In this document: one piece after another, positions 16,742 to 29,121 of the stretch
How the letters are laid out: every line of letters begins with the position of its first letter
Position numbering within the stretch: the stretch's first letter is position 1
Source: an uncultured Candidatus Saccharibacteria bacterium
GTDB taxonomy: Bacteria; Patescibacteriota; Saccharimonadia; Saccharimonadales; UBA10212
Assembly: GCA_964460855.1 (NCBI GenBank)
Contig: CAYWQH010000002.1
Coordinates: 7,506 to 71,505, forward strand
Direction of reading: 5' to 3'
DNA length: 64,000 nucleotides
The notes under the pieces: generated by a model
Told to the model about the DNA's origin: nothing
Seen by the model: the letters and a program-made list of their open reading frames with translations, nothing else
The model's database searches: none
Translations under genes and position numbers: made by a program

Positions 16742-17446
16742 TTAAGACCGCCATGCCAAAGACGCCAAAATGATAGCGGCCGCGTTGATGCACCAGTGGG
16801 CGGCAATCGGCGCCAGCAAGCTGCCGCTTTTAAACCTCAGCCAGCAAAATGCCAATCCGGCCAGGAACGTAGCCATAAAAGTTACCGGCGCAATCAAAAT
16901 TAAACTCCGGTTGTTTGGCAATGTGGACATATGCCACAGGCCAAAAATGAGAGAAGAAATTATGGCGGCGGTATAGCGGCTGTTGTAGTGCTTTAGAAGC
17001 AATGCCGGGAATAAGCCGCGGAAGGCCAGCTCTTCGAACAACACAGTTTTTAATGGGAGTAGTACTAGTGCCGCGAAAAGCGCGGCCGACAGATTTTGGT
17101 TGTATCGGGAGTCTTTGAAAATATTTGGATCAACCACGTAGGCTATAAACATAAAAGCCAAGACTGCGCCTACTGCATAGCTGGCATATTTTAGCCCGGG
17201 CTTTACCGATTGTTTTGCCAGCCCGACATCACTAGGTTTTAAGCGGGCATATAAATATATAGCCAACAAACTCGCGTAACCAACTAGCGACCACCACACA
17301 TGCGCCCAGCCGTGGGCTTTAACGAATATTAAATTGAAAGCTAGCAACAACATGAAAAATAGCAACAATGCGCCGGTTTCCTGGCGGCTAAAATTTACGG
17401 CATTCCAATAACTGCCACCCGAATTATTGGATTTGCCTCTGGCCAC
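16742..17446 (-). CDS. CPBP (CAAX) family intramembrane metalloprotease
   Basis: The EELAFRG and FGLWH motifs sit in a polytopic protein. The GTG start overlaps the stop of the upstream gene (TAGTG). Confidence 0.8.
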   Translation of the reverse strand: MARGKSNNSGGSYWNAVNFSRQETGALLLFFMLLLAFNLIFVKAHGWAHVWWSLVGYASLLAIYLYARLKPSDVGLAKQSVKPGLKYASYAVGAVLAFMFIAYVVDPNIFKDSRYNQNLSAALFAALVLLPLKTVLFEELAFRGLFPALLLKHYNSRYTAAIISSLIFGLWHMSTLPNNRSLILIAPVTFMATFLAGLAFCWLRFKSGSLLAPIAAHWCINAAAIILASLAWRS

Positions 17447-19116
17447 TATTTACTAAGCTCGGCTTTTAGGGCATCGGTTTTTTGCTGGCTCCAGCCATCG
17501 GGCGGGGCAACGTAACTCCAAGAATCGGTAGGCATTTTGCCGTATTTGTGGCCATGGCCGTCGGGTACGCCGGTAGAAAAAACCATGTCGCCGGAAACCT
17601 GCCAGAAAGTAATTATCGGCAGCCAGTGGGTTTTAGCGGTTACGTCGGCGCCGCGCGGTTCTTTGAGCCAGTCGGGCTCGTGGAATAACAGTGAAGGCGA
17701 CCACCATACGATTGGATCGGACGGGTTTTCGAGGTAAACGGCTTTTGGATCGCTCCACGGCTTGTTTGGGTTATTTAAATCTTTAGGTACAAAAGCGAAG
17801 CGCAAAATTTGGCCGTTTTGGTAGACAGGTAAAATTTCCGGCGAGCCGGCATCCCGGCTAGTGGTGGCGGTTTTGCGCAGGATATTAAAGTTCGGCGGCC
17901 CGGCCCACACCGCTCCGTTACTGGTAGTTCTAAACGTCGCTTCGTTGGCAAAGGCCGCTTCGCCTCCGTAACTGCCGAGACTCTCGCCAAAAACTACGAC
18001 TTTCGGCCTTTGGTCTGCCGGCAAATTTAGAGTTTCGTTATAGACGGCGTTATATAAATCGTTGCCGGCATCTTTGGCTTTTTGCTGGTCTACTAAAAAC
18101 GACAGCGAGCTGGGCAGGTACGAATATTGCATCGAAACTATGGCGTCGTTGCCGTTATACATATATTCGATTGGTTTAACGCCCTCTTCGTCCACCCAGC
18201 CAGTGCCGGTGGTAGTAACCACGACGATAATTTTGCGCTGGTAACCGCCGGCCCGTTTGAGGTCGTCGACCGCGAGCTTAGCACGGTCTTTGGATGTATC
18301 CGAAGATTTTAAGCCGGAATATATTCTAATTGGTTGGGTTGCCGGTGCTTGGTTAAAGCTAGTGAGTTGCTGGGTAGAAGGCACCCGGCCGATAAAGTTA
18401 CGCCCTTGGCGGCCGATTGTATCCCACTTAATCAAAGATTGGTCGCTGCCGGAAAGCTGCGGAGAAGTCGGCTGGCTGATGCCGGCATCGGTGGTATCGT
18501 TTTTAACGCTGTAAGCCTGGTTAAGAACGTCCATGGCGCCGGAAAAGATAAAGCCTTTTAATACCCCCAGCACTAAAAACAAAGCGATTACCCAAGCCAG
18601 AGTATAGGCTACTGGTTTGGGTACATGCTTATTGATAATTCTTTTAAGCCAAATGTATAAAGTTCGAATCCAGCGCGATATTAATAATATGAACGCGGCA
18701 ATTAAGTAGCCAACAATTGTTGTGCCAATAATTTCTAAATCGTTTACCGGCGGCTGGGTAACCAGTTTGCGGACTTCGTTTTGCCAGTTGTGGCCCAGCA
18801 CCGCCATAACTAAATAAATTAACGCCAGCAATATATATGTATAAGTTTTGATTTGATGCCGGCGGGCCGGGGCTGGCTCATCCGGGCCGAATTTGCGGAT
18901 AAAGTGGCTCAGCACCAATCCAATGCCGTAGCCGGTAATAAATAACACGCCGCTTAGTACGCCCTGCAATATCCAGCCGCGGGGAAGCAGCGAAGGGAAG
19001 AAGCTGCAATACGTAAAAAGCGCCCCTATAATAATGCCCAAAAAATTAAACGAACCTATATAACGATTGAGTCTAGAAGGTTTCGGCTTAGCTTTAGTTT
19101 TGGTAGATTTGGCCAC
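17446..19116 (-). CDS. membrane-anchored alpha/beta-hydrolase family protein
   Basis: N-terminal TM helices are followed by a C-terminal domain with GESLGSYGGE (GxSxG nucleophile elbow). The architecture resembles actinobacterial membrane alpha/beta-hydrolases. Confidence 0.7.
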   Translation of the reverse strand: MAKSTKTKAKPKPSRLNRYIGSFNFLGIIIGALFTYCSFFPSLLPRGWILQGVLSGVLFITGYGIGLVLSHFIRKFGPDEPAPARRHQIKTYTYILLALIYLVMAVLGHNWQNEVRKLVTQPPVNDLEIIGTTIVGYLIAAFILLISRWIRTLYIWLKRIINKHVPKPVAYTLAWVIALFLVLGVLKGFIFSGAMDVLNQAYSVKNDTTDAGISQPTSPQLSGSDQSLIKWDTIGRQGRNFIGRVPSTQQLTSFNQAPATQPIRIYSGLKSSDTSKDRAKLAVDDLKRAGGYQRKIIVVVTTTGTGWVDEEGVKPIEYMYNGNDAIVSMQYSYLPSSLSFLVDQQKAKDAGNDLYNAVYNETLNLPADQRPKVVVFGESLGSYGGEAAFANEATFRTTSNGAVWAGPPNFNILRKTATTSRDAGSPEILPVYQNGQILRFAFVPKDLNNPNKPWSDPKAVYLENPSDPIVWWSPSLLFHEPDWLKEPRGADVTAKTHWLPIITFWQVSGDMVFSTGVPDGHGHKYGKMPTDSWSYVAPPDGWSQQKTDALKAELSK

Positions 19117-19137
19117 GGGTAGTCTCCTTTAATTATA

Positions 19138-20112
19138 TTAAGTACTGTAATTTTTATGAATCTTGTAATCAGAAAGTAGGTTTTTGCGTAGGCCCCAAAA
19201 GAAATAATAGCCAGGCAGTATTGGCAGCCAATATACGATTAACCGGTAAAACAAAGTAATGGCCGAAGCGTTTACGCCGTCGACCCCAACCAGCACTAAA
19301 CCGGCGTAAACACCTGCCTCGGCTGCCCCTATGCCGCCTGGAGTGGGAATCAAATTTGCTGCAATGTTGCCAAAACAGTAGGCAATTAAGCACGCTAGCA
19401 AAGATAAAGATACACCAATAGCCCGGGCCGAAGCGTACATAGCAAATACGCTGGTTAATGAACAGTAGCCGTTACAAAAGATTGCCGCTACTACCGACAT
19501 CGGCCTTTTCTTATAGCTGGTAAAATTAGCTTTTAAGTCGGTCCATATCTTACTTAAACGGCCGCCATGCTTTATTGAACGGTAAATATAATAAGTCGCA
19601 CCGGCTAACAAAATAAGAACAAAGAAGATTAAATTAGCAGAAATATTTATATGGCCGCTAAGACCTTTGAGTTTTACCGAACTGGTCAATAAGCCAATGA
19701 TTATAAAAGTGGTGAAGGCGATGCTGCTGGTTAAGCCATCGACCGTCATAACGGCGGCCGTTTGGCTGGGCGTATTCTTTTGTTTGATTAAGTAGAACGA
19801 GTTTAAACCAATTGAGCCCAAATAGCTCGGCAGCAATTTACTTACAAACAGCACGGCCATCTGCACTTTATACGTTAGCCAAAAGCTTAGCTTTTTATAG
19901 GATAAGGCCATAAATTGCAGGGCAGAAACCGGCATGTACGTGAAATACACTATCGCGCCCAGCGCCAGCCATTTCATATTCGCCGCATCTAGTGATTTTA
20001 ATGTATCAACCAGGTCGCCTAATTGGGGGATTATGACCTTAAGGGTCAGAAGCAAGATTAAAACGAAAAAAATATGATATTTATAACGGGCAACAAACTG
20101 CCTCACGCTCAT
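19138..20112 (-). CDS. lysylphosphatidylglycerol-synthase-TM-like (flippase-like, UPF0104) membrane protein
   Basis: It is polytopic and carries the PTPGGIGAAEAG signature. Confidence 0.75.
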   Translation of the reverse strand: MSVRQFVARYKYHIFFVLILLLTLKVIIPQLGDLVDTLKSLDAANMKWLALGAIVYFTYMPVSALQFMALSYKKLSFWLTYKVQMAVLFVSKLLPSYLGSIGLNSFYLIKQKNTPSQTAAVMTVDGLTSSIAFTTFIIIGLLTSSVKLKGLSGHINISANLIFFVLILLAGATYYIYRSIKHGGRLSKIWTDLKANFTSYKKRPMSVVAAIFCNGYCSLTSVFAMYASARAIGVSLSLLACLIAYCFGNIAANLIPTPGGIGAAEAGVYAGLVLVGVDGVNASAITLFYRLIVYWLPILPGYYFFWGLRKNLLSDYKIHKNYST

Positions 20113-20203
20113 ACTGTTAATATACTTTAATTTCAGTTAAGCAGATAGTTAATTGCTTAGTACTATTAGTTTGCGGCGGCATTTTGGCTATAATATGGCG
20201 AGT

Positions 20204-20277
20204 GGCGCGATGACCGAGGAGTTAGGTAGAGCTCTGCAAAAGCTCGTACACGGGTGCGAATCCCGTTCGCGCCTCCA
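20204..20277 (+). tRNA. tRNA-Cys (anticodon GCA), CCA encoded
   Basis: Acceptor GGCGCGA/TCGCGCC, anticodon arm GAGCT-CTGCAAA-AGCTC, discriminator U73 and CCA are present. TATAAT lies at 20189-20194. The T loop is unusual (TGCGAAT, G at position 55). It is hidden under a spurious track ORF. Confidence 0.75.
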
Positions 20278-20281
20278 AGTT

Positions 20282-20500
20282 TTATTCTTTAGATTGATCA
20301 GAGCCTTTAGTTATATCCGGGCTACCGCCAGATGTCGGGTCGTGGTGGGTATGGTATTCGTCTACCGCCATCTTGCCTAAATCTTGCTGGAGTTGGACTT
20401 GTTCTGTTATCGTTTCATCGACTGCTATGGTTTCCTGAGTATCTATTATCTCGTCCGCAGCGCTCCGCTCTCCCATAATAAATTTTCTAAGTCGATTCAT
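20282..20500 (-). CDS. hypothetical acidic protein (72 aa)
   Basis: ORF only, with no clear RBS. Confidence 0.3.
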   Translation of the reverse strand: MNRLRKFIMGERSAADEIIDTQETIAVDETITEQVQLQQDLGKMAVDEYHTHHDPTSGGSPDITKGSDQSKE

Positions 20501-20557
20501 ATGTTCTATAAATTACGCTATTGTTATACTAAAAGTCGATAAGATAATTCATTGTCC

Positions 20558-20641
20558 GGGCGAGTGGTGGAATGGTTTACACAGCGGACTTAAAATCCGT
20601 GCCCGCAAGGGTTGTGGGTTCGACTCCCACCTCGCCCACCA
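20558..20641 (+). tRNA. tRNA-Leu (anticodon TAA), class II, CCA encoded
   Basis: Acceptor GGGCGAG/CTCGCCC, anticodon loop CTTAAAA, a long variable arm, and T arm GTGGG-TTCGACT-CCCAC are present. Confidence 0.9.
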
Positions 20642-20661
20642 TCAAATTTTGCATAATTTCT

Positions 20662-20817
20662 GCAAAATTTGATGATCCTGAGCGAGAAGCCGGAAGGCTT
20701 CGAGTCGAAGGACCCGTACTGTTGCGTTAGCTGTTTAATCCTTTAAAGCAAAATTTGATGACCCTGAGCGAGAAGCCGGAAGGCTTCGAGTCGAAGGACC
20801 CGTACTGATGCGTTAGC
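20662..20817 (+). repeat. two 70-bp direct repeats (68/70 identical) separated by 16 bp, in the tRNA-Leu trailer
   Basis: The copies lie at 20662-20731 and 20748-20817: GCAAAATTTGATGA(T/C)CCTGAGCGAGAAGCCGGAAGGCTTCGAGTCGAAGGACCCGTACTG(T/A)TGCGTTAGC. A partial third tail, GGGCCCGAACTGAG, lies at about 20840-20853. Confidence 0.8.
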
Positions 20818-20906
20818 GATTTATTATCGGCGCGTCGCAGGGCCCGAACTGAGTAAATTGCTACTAAATTTGCTATACTAAAACCAATATCTTAAGGAGA
20901 AATTAA

Positions 20907-21515
20907 ATGCTTTGGGTGATTATCGGAATTGTCGCATTACTCGCAATTGTCCTGATAGTAATTTATAACGGGCTGGTCCGCGCCAAAGTGCGTGTCGACG
21001 AAGCCTGGAGCGATATTACGGTGCAGATGAAGCGCCGCTTCGATTTAATCCCCAACTTGGTTAACACTGTCCAGGGTTATGCCAAGCACGAAAAAGAGGT
21101 ATTCGAAAAAGTCACCGAAGCCCGGGCAAATATGATGAACGCCCAAAGCCCGGCCGAAGCAGGCAAGGCCGAAAACCAATTCCAGTCGGCGCTTAAAAGC
21201 CTGTTTGCCGTCGCCGAGGCTTACCCACAGCTGAGGGCTAGTGAAAACTTCCAACAGTTGCAAGCCGAGCTGGTAGACACCGAAGATAAAATCCAAGCCT
21301 CGCGCCGCTTTTATAACGGCGCCGCCCGCGACCTTAACACTAAAATCCTAACATTTCCGACTAATATTTTTGCCGGCATGCTGGGCTTTAAGCAGCGCGA
21401 ATTCTTTGATGTTGACGAATCGCAAGTTGCAGCAATATCCGAACCGGTTAAAGTAGATTTTAACGACAAAGACAGTGCCCCGGCCGAAGCTGACAAGACA
21501 ACTCCGGCAAGCTAA
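20907..21515 (+). CDS. lemA: LemA family protein
   Basis: An N-terminal TM helix is followed by YNGLVRAKVRVDEAWSDITVQMKRRFDLIPNLV...YPQLRASENF...RRFYN, which is the LemA signature. Confidence 0.9.
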   Translation: MLWVIIGIVALLAIVLIVIYNGLVRAKVRVDEAWSDITVQMKRRFDLIPNLVNTVQGYAKHEKEVFEKVTEARANMMNAQSPAEAGKAENQFQSALKSLFAVAEAYPQLRASENFQQLQAELVDTEDKIQASRRFYNGAARDLNTKILTFPTNIFAGMLGFKQREFFDVDESQVAAISEPVKVDFNDKDSAPAEADKTTPAS

Positions 21516-21549
21516 TTAGCCGCTTTGTTTCAGATATAATATACATACA

Positions 21550-22422
21550 ATGTACAACGCAATAGCCAGCAATAAACGGCGGACAATCGTTTTGATGTTC
21601 GCTTTTGTCCTGATTCTTTTGGGTTTGGGTTGGGTGATTGGCAAAGCCACTGGCCATCCGCAATACTTTTTGGTGATTGGGATAGGTTCGATTTTATATT
21701 CGATATTCACTTACTTTGCCGGCGCTAAAATGGCCCTGGCAGTAAACGGCGCCAAAGAAATCCAAAAAGCCGACAACCCCCGCTTGTGGCGGACGGTAGA
21801 AAACCTGGCCATTACCGACGGTCTGCCTATGCCAAAGGTATATATTATGAACGACCCGGCGCCAAACGCTTTTGCTACCGGGCGCGATCCCAACCATTCG
21901 GCGGTCTGCGCTACCTCAGGCTTACTAGAAATTATGGATGATACCCAGCTACAAGGCGTTATTGCCCACGAGCTAGGGCATGTGCAGAATTATGATATGA
22001 GGGTAAATACTATCGCTTTCGCGCTGGTAGGCATAATTTCGCTGGTATGCGACTTTTTCTTGCGGCTGTCTTTTTGGGGCGGCGACAATGAGAATAATAA
22101 CAACAGCGGCCTATTCCAGCTTTTGGCAATTGGCGCAGTTATACTGGCGCCAATTGCGGCCAGCTTACTGCAGCTGGCCGTTAGCCGCCGCCGCGAATAC
22201 CTGGCCGATGCCAGCGGTGCCTTAGCCACGCGCTACCCCGAGGGCTTAGCCAGCGCTTTGGAAAAACTAAAACAAACCGGCAGCGCTACCCAAAAACAAA
22301 ATGCCAGTACGGCCCATATGTTTTTTGCCAACCCGCTAAAAGGGCACAGTTTGCTTAATTTATTCAGCACCCACCCCCCACTGGACCAGCGAATTGCAAG
22401 ACTGCGGGAAATGAAGCTTTAA
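21550..22422 (+). CDS. htpX: M48 zinc metalloprotease HtpX
   Basis: The HELGH motif, REYLADA, TM helices and the position downstream of lemA all fit. Confidence 0.9.
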   Translation: MYNAIASNKRRTIVLMFAFVLILLGLGWVIGKATGHPQYFLVIGIGSILYSIFTYFAGAKMALAVNGAKEIQKADNPRLWRTVENLAITDGLPMPKVYIMNDPAPNAFATGRDPNHSAVCATSGLLEIMDDTQLQGVIAHELGHVQNYDMRVNTIAFALVGIISLVCDFFLRLSFWGGDNENNNNSGLFQLLAIGAVILAPIAASLLQLAVSRRREYLADASGALATRYPEGLASALEKLKQTGSATQKQNASTAHMFFANPLKGHSLLNLFSTHPPLDQRIARLREMKL

Positions 22423-22440
22423 TTTAGCTATAATATAACT

Positions 22441-25333
<2,893 letters not shown>

Positions 25334-25480
25334 CAAGACTTTAACATTAGCGCTTAATGGAATGTATCTTCGCGCAACTGGGGCCCGCAACTTCCAGCTG
25401 CGGAAATGATCATACAAAAACCGAAACATAAACAGCTACACACCCGGGCCCGGGTGGGCTGCGCGAAGTATCAGCTAAAG

Positions 25481-25517
25481 ATGCCGCACTTATTTGGATG
25501 TGCGGCGTCTTTTTTTG
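25481..25517 (+). terminator. intrinsic terminator 150 nt downstream of ligA
   Basis: GCCGCAC/GTGCGGC forms the stem with a 10-nt loop, followed by GTCTTTTTTT. Confidence 0.65.
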
Positions 25518-25714
25518 CGCTTGCAGCACCGTCCGTCCACAACCCGGCAAAGCCGTGTTTGCGGCCGGACTTTTGGCGCGCTACGGCGTCAGAACCTCCG
25601 ATGCTCACTCTACGTATGTTAAATACGTTTCGTTCCGCTTCTCGATTCTTCCTTGTATCGCATCCAAATGCTGCAAGCTTAACAGCTTAATCTATGGTAG
25701 AATATTGCCCGTTA

Positions 25715-25791
25715 GGGGCATTAGCGCAGTTGGCTAGCGCGCTTCCATGGCATGGAAGAGGTCATCGGTTCGAATCCGATATGCTCCACCA
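25715..25791 (+). tRNA. tRNA-Ala (anticodon GGC), CCA encoded
   Basis: Acceptor GGGGCAT/ATGCTCC carries G3:U70. The anticodon arm is CTTCC-ATGGCAT-GGAAG and the T arm is ATCGG-TTCGAAT-CCGAT. Confidence 0.9.
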
Positions 25792-25899
25792 TTCGACTCG
25801 CTTCGCTCGCTCATGGTAAACCAGCCGTGAGTGTCCGTTGCGATCCGTATTGAAGCGAGTCGAATGGTGCCCTGAGCGAAGTCGAAGGGCACGAACTGA
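25787..25899 (+). repeat. tRNA-Ala trailer element: 18-bp inverted repeat overlapping the CACCA end, plus a CCTGAGCGA-AGTCGAAGG hairpin
   Basis: CACCATTCGACTCGCTTC (25787-25804) is the perfect complement of GAAGCGAGTCGAATGGTG (25853-25870). It is followed by the hairpin GTGCCCT-GAGCGAAGTCGA-AGGGCAC and then GAACTGA. The element is related to the tRNA-Leu trailer repeats. Confidence 0.55.
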
Positions 25900-25978
25900 A
25901 TTTTATATAGGCTATATAACAACAGAATTTCAGCTAAAAAGCATCGGCTTTAAGTTGTAAACTGTTACAATTAAGTCC

Positions 25979-27040
25979 ATGGCACAAGCACGTAAACCGT
26001 CCCGCAAAACAACCGCGAAAAAGAAAAATCCGGCAAAAAAACCTACTACCAGGGCTTCGGCCAAAGCTAAGGCTTCGGCCAGCTCCAAAGCTTCCGCTAA
26101 GACCAATAAGACGAAAGCCGCCAGCAGCAAGCAAATCGCCAACCGCAAAATTTATATTTGGGGCAGCGTAGTAACCGCGGTATTGCTAATTATCGTTTTT
26201 TCCGGCGTATGGTACGCCAAAATTTATAACAGCCCAACTAACATGTTTTGGGGCATGGTTAACGACAGCCTGGCTACGCCCGGTATTACCCGCCAAGTAG
26301 TGCAAAATACCGGCTCCAATAACAGCGACGAGCTTACCCAATTTAGCTTTGGCGAGCCGACCACCGCCAATATTAATAAGACTGTGTTTGATTCCGGAAG
26401 CGGCGGCAAAACCCAAACCGAAGGAATAGGCAACGGATCTAGCGACTTCCAGCGCTATTTATCTATCACCCAAGCCAATACGGCCACCAAACAAGTTGAC
26501 TTCAGTTCGATTTACGGCGTCTGGATAAAGCTTAACGATAACGGCGATGTCGGCAAACCGGCAGTAGCCAGCCCGACCATTCTGCTACAAAGCTTACTGG
26601 GCCCGGTAATGCTCGGCAATTTGCAGCCTACCGACCGGCATGCGGTAATAAGCTCGCTTAAATCGGGCAGGGCCTACACTATAGACTTGGCTAACGTTTC
26701 GAAAAAAACAATCGACGGCCGCCAGGTATATGTTTTTCCAGTTAAAATAGGCTTGCACGACTACGCAGCCGCGTTGAATATATACGGCAAAGCCACCGGC
26801 TTGCCGGGAGCTTCCGGAATCAACCCCGAAAATTACCAGTCATCAGATGAGCTTGACGTCGATATTGCCGTGGATAAAAGCTCACATCAACTTGTCCAGG
26901 TAAAATATAAAACCGCCGATGTTAGCGAAACATATACGTCGCATGGCATTTACGCCCCTGTTTCCGAACCGCAAAACTGGGTACCGGTTAAACCCTTCCA
27001 GCAAAAAATCCAGCAGCTTACCGGCCAGTCGGCATCTTAG
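25979..27040 (+). CDS. hypothetical membrane-anchored protein with Lys/Ala-rich N-terminus
   Basis: The 353-aa protein has a basic low-complexity N-terminus, one TM helix (IYIWGSVVTAVLLIIVFSGVWY) and a large extracytoplasmic part. Confidence 0.65.
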   Translation: MAQARKPSRKTTAKKKNPAKKPTTRASAKAKASASSKASAKTNKTKAASSKQIANRKIYIWGSVVTAVLLIIVFSGVWYAKIYNSPTNMFWGMVNDSLATPGITRQVVQNTGSNNSDELTQFSFGEPTTANINKTVFDSGSGGKTQTEGIGNGSSDFQRYLSITQANTATKQVDFSSIYGVWIKLNDNGDVGKPAVASPTILLQSLLGPVMLGNLQPTDRHAVISSLKSGRAYTIDLANVSKKTIDGRQVYVFPVKIGLHDYAAALNIYGKATGLPGASGINPENYQSSDELDVDIAVDKSSHQLVQVKYKTADVSETYTSHGIYAPVSEPQNWVPVKPFQQKIQQLTGQSAS

Positions 27041-27079
27041 TCAGCAATTGCCTCAAAAAGCTATATAATACTTAGCAAT

Positions 27080-27811
27080 ATGCAAGTGGTTGTTAACGGT
27101 TTGTTAACTAATTATGAGCGGCTGGGTAAAGGCTCTAAAATTGTTTGCCTGCACGGGTGGGGCGATAATGGTAAGACTTTTAGTTGGCTGGCCCGAAACT
27201 TTAGCAATAGTTACGAAATTTTAATGGTCGATTTGCCGGGCTTTGGCGGCTCCGAAGCTCCAGATGCCCCCTGGGGAATTGCCGACTACGCTATTTTTAT
27301 TAGGTCCTGGCTGGAAAAAATAGGCGTCAAAGATATTTTCGCCATTATGGGCCATAGCAATGGCGGAACTATCGCTATCCGCGGTTTAAGCAACCATACG
27401 TTAAACGCCCAAAAGTTAATATTGATTGGAGCGGCCGGTATTCACCACCGCCACGCCGCCAAGCTGGCTGCCTTGCCAGCCACTAATTCCGCTAAGACTG
27501 GCCATGGCCGGCACAAAAAGGCCGAAGATAAAGACACTATCGGCTCCGGCCTAAGTATGCTGCCGGAGCTGGAAGAAACGTTTAATAAAGTAGTTGAAAC
27601 TGACGTGCAGGCCGAGGCCAAATTATTATCGCTGCCGACCTTGCTGTTATATGGCGTAGACGATAAAGAAACGCCCATCGAATACGGTAAACTGCTTAAC
27701 CAAGCCATTAGCGGCAGCAAATTAGTAACAATTTTAGATGCCGGCCATTTTGTGCACCACGACCGCCCCGACGAAGTTATTGGCTTTATAAGTGAGTTTT
27801 TAAATGAGTAG
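27080..27811 (+). CDS. alpha/beta hydrolase fold protein
   Basis: HGWG, the nucleophile elbow GHSNGG and a C-terminal DAGHFVHHDRP are present. Confidence 0.8.
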   Translation: MQVVVNGLLTNYERLGKGSKIVCLHGWGDNGKTFSWLARNFSNSYEILMVDLPGFGGSEAPDAPWGIADYAIFIRSWLEKIGVKDIFAIMGHSNGGTIAIRGLSNHTLNAQKLILIGAAGIHHRHAAKLAALPATNSAKTGHGRHKKAEDKDTIGSGLSMLPELEETFNKVVETDVQAEAKLLSLPTLLLYGVDDKETPIEYGKLLNQAISGSKLVTILDAGHFVHHDRPDEVIGFISEFLNE

Positions 27812-29087
27812 CTTTAAAAAATTAGCGAAAATTATATTGTGCCGGCTTTTTGAACGCCAGGTTAAGCAGCTTAAAGCCAAACATAATTTCATGACGATTG
27901 CCGTTGCCGGCAGCGTCGGTAAAACCTCGACTAAATTAGCCATAGCCGAATTGCTTAAGCCACACCGCCGTGTGCGATACCAATCCGGCAATTATAACGA
28001 CCGGCTGACAGTACCGTTTGTGTATTTCGGCCAAACCCAACCCTCGTTATTTAACGTTGCCGCATACTGGCGGATTTATATGGATAACCGGCGGCAAATT
28101 AGAGGCAAATTCCCATACGACATAGTGGTGCTTGAGCTCGGCACCGACGGGCCGGGGCAGCTAATTCACCAGGCATATGTAAAGCCTGATATTGCCGTGG
28201 TAACGGCGATAACCGACGAACACATGGAGTATTTTAAAAATTTAGACGCCGTAGCCAACGAAGAAATGACCGTTGCCGTCTACAGTAAACAGCTGCTGCT
28301 TAACATTGATGATATACCGGCCAGGTACCTGCCAAGTAATGAGTTCAAAACGTACGGCACTTCGCCCAAAGCCGACTTTAAATTAACAGCTTCTAAAATG
28401 GTCGGCCTGGAAGGCCAGATTTTGCACATATCAACCCCGGCCCACCAGTACCAGGACCGCATTAACCTTATTGGTGCCCAGGGGGCAAAGATAGCCCTAG
28501 GAGCGGCAGCTGCCGCCGAGATGGCGGGGCTAAATAAAGTAGAAATAACCGACGGGCTGCATGCCTTAAAAGCTTACGCCGGCCGGATGCAATTGCTAAA
28601 TGGCGTTAAAGACTCGATTATTATTGACGATACTTATAACGCCAGCCCGCACGCTACTATTGCCGCTCTGGATGTTTTACAAAACGCCAAAGCCCCCCAA
28701 CGAATAGCACTGCTTGGCAATATGAATGAGCTGGGCGACCACAGTCCGCTGTCGCACAAGCAAATTGGCGATTATTGCGACCCTGGCAAACTCGATTTAG
28801 TTGTAACGCTCGGCCCGGATGCCAATAAATACCTGTCCAAAGCCGCCGCCGAAAAAGGCTGCCAGGTAGAAACCACGCAGTCGCCATACGAAGCCGCGGA
28901 GATTATTAAACACCGGCTGCAGCCAGGCGGCGTTATTCTCGCCAAAGGATCGCAAAACCGGGTATTCGCCGAAGAAGCGGTTAAGCACTTGTTAGCCAAT
29001 CCGGCCGACGAAAGCAAATTAGTCCGCCAAAGCGAATATTGGCTAAAGCTCAAAAGCCGCCAGTTCCAGCCAAAATCAGAATCCTAA
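27804..29087 (+). CDS. murF: Mur ligase family protein, MurF-like
   Basis: The P-loop AVAGSVGKTSTK and the DDTYNASP motif (compare MurF DxYNANP) are present. The N-terminal domain is short. Confidence 0.7.
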   Translation: MSSFKKLAKIILCRLFERQVKQLKAKHNFMTIAVAGSVGKTSTKLAIAELLKPHRRVRYQSGNYNDRLTVPFVYFGQTQPSLFNVAAYWRIYMDNRRQIRGKFPYDIVVLELGTDGPGQLIHQAYVKPDIAVVTAITDEHMEYFKNLDAVANEEMTVAVYSKQLLLNIDDIPARYLPSNEFKTYGTSPKADFKLTASKMVGLEGQILHISTPAHQYQDRINLIGAQGAKIALGAAAAAEMAGLNKVEITDGLHALKAYAGRMQLLNGVKDSIIIDDTYNASPHATIAALDVLQNAKAPQRIALLGNMNELGDHSPLSHKQIGDYCDPGKLDLVVTLGPDANKYLSKAAAEKGCQVETTQSPYEAAEIIKHRLQPGGVILAKGSQNRVFAEEAVKHLLANPADESKLVRQSEYWLKLKSRQFQPKSES

Positions 29088-29121
29088 AAAGCCCCTCCCA
29101 TCTGTTACAATAAGGATAATT

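Noticed and set aside
20153-20380. 75-aa plus-strand ORF
   Set aside because: It covers a well-formed tRNA-Cys gene (20204-20277) and its TATAAT promoter.
20677-20720. Hammerhead-ribozyme-like string CUGAGCGA-[GAAGCC GGAA GGCUUC]-GAGUCGAAGG
   Set aside because: The core deviates from CUGANGA...GAAA, with an extra C and no GAAA junction. The tRNA-Ala copy lacks stem II entirely.
20662-20817. Possible CRISPR array
   Set aside because: There are only two full repeats of 70 bp with a 16-bp spacer, and no cas genes. The geometry is incompatible with CRISPR.
25406-25922. ORFs 25406-25690 (+), 25498-25737 (+) and 25734-25922 (-)
   Set aside because: They run through a terminator, tRNA-Ala and its structured trailer. 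The minus-strand product (…RIRTDDL…) is the typical translation of an antisense tRNA.
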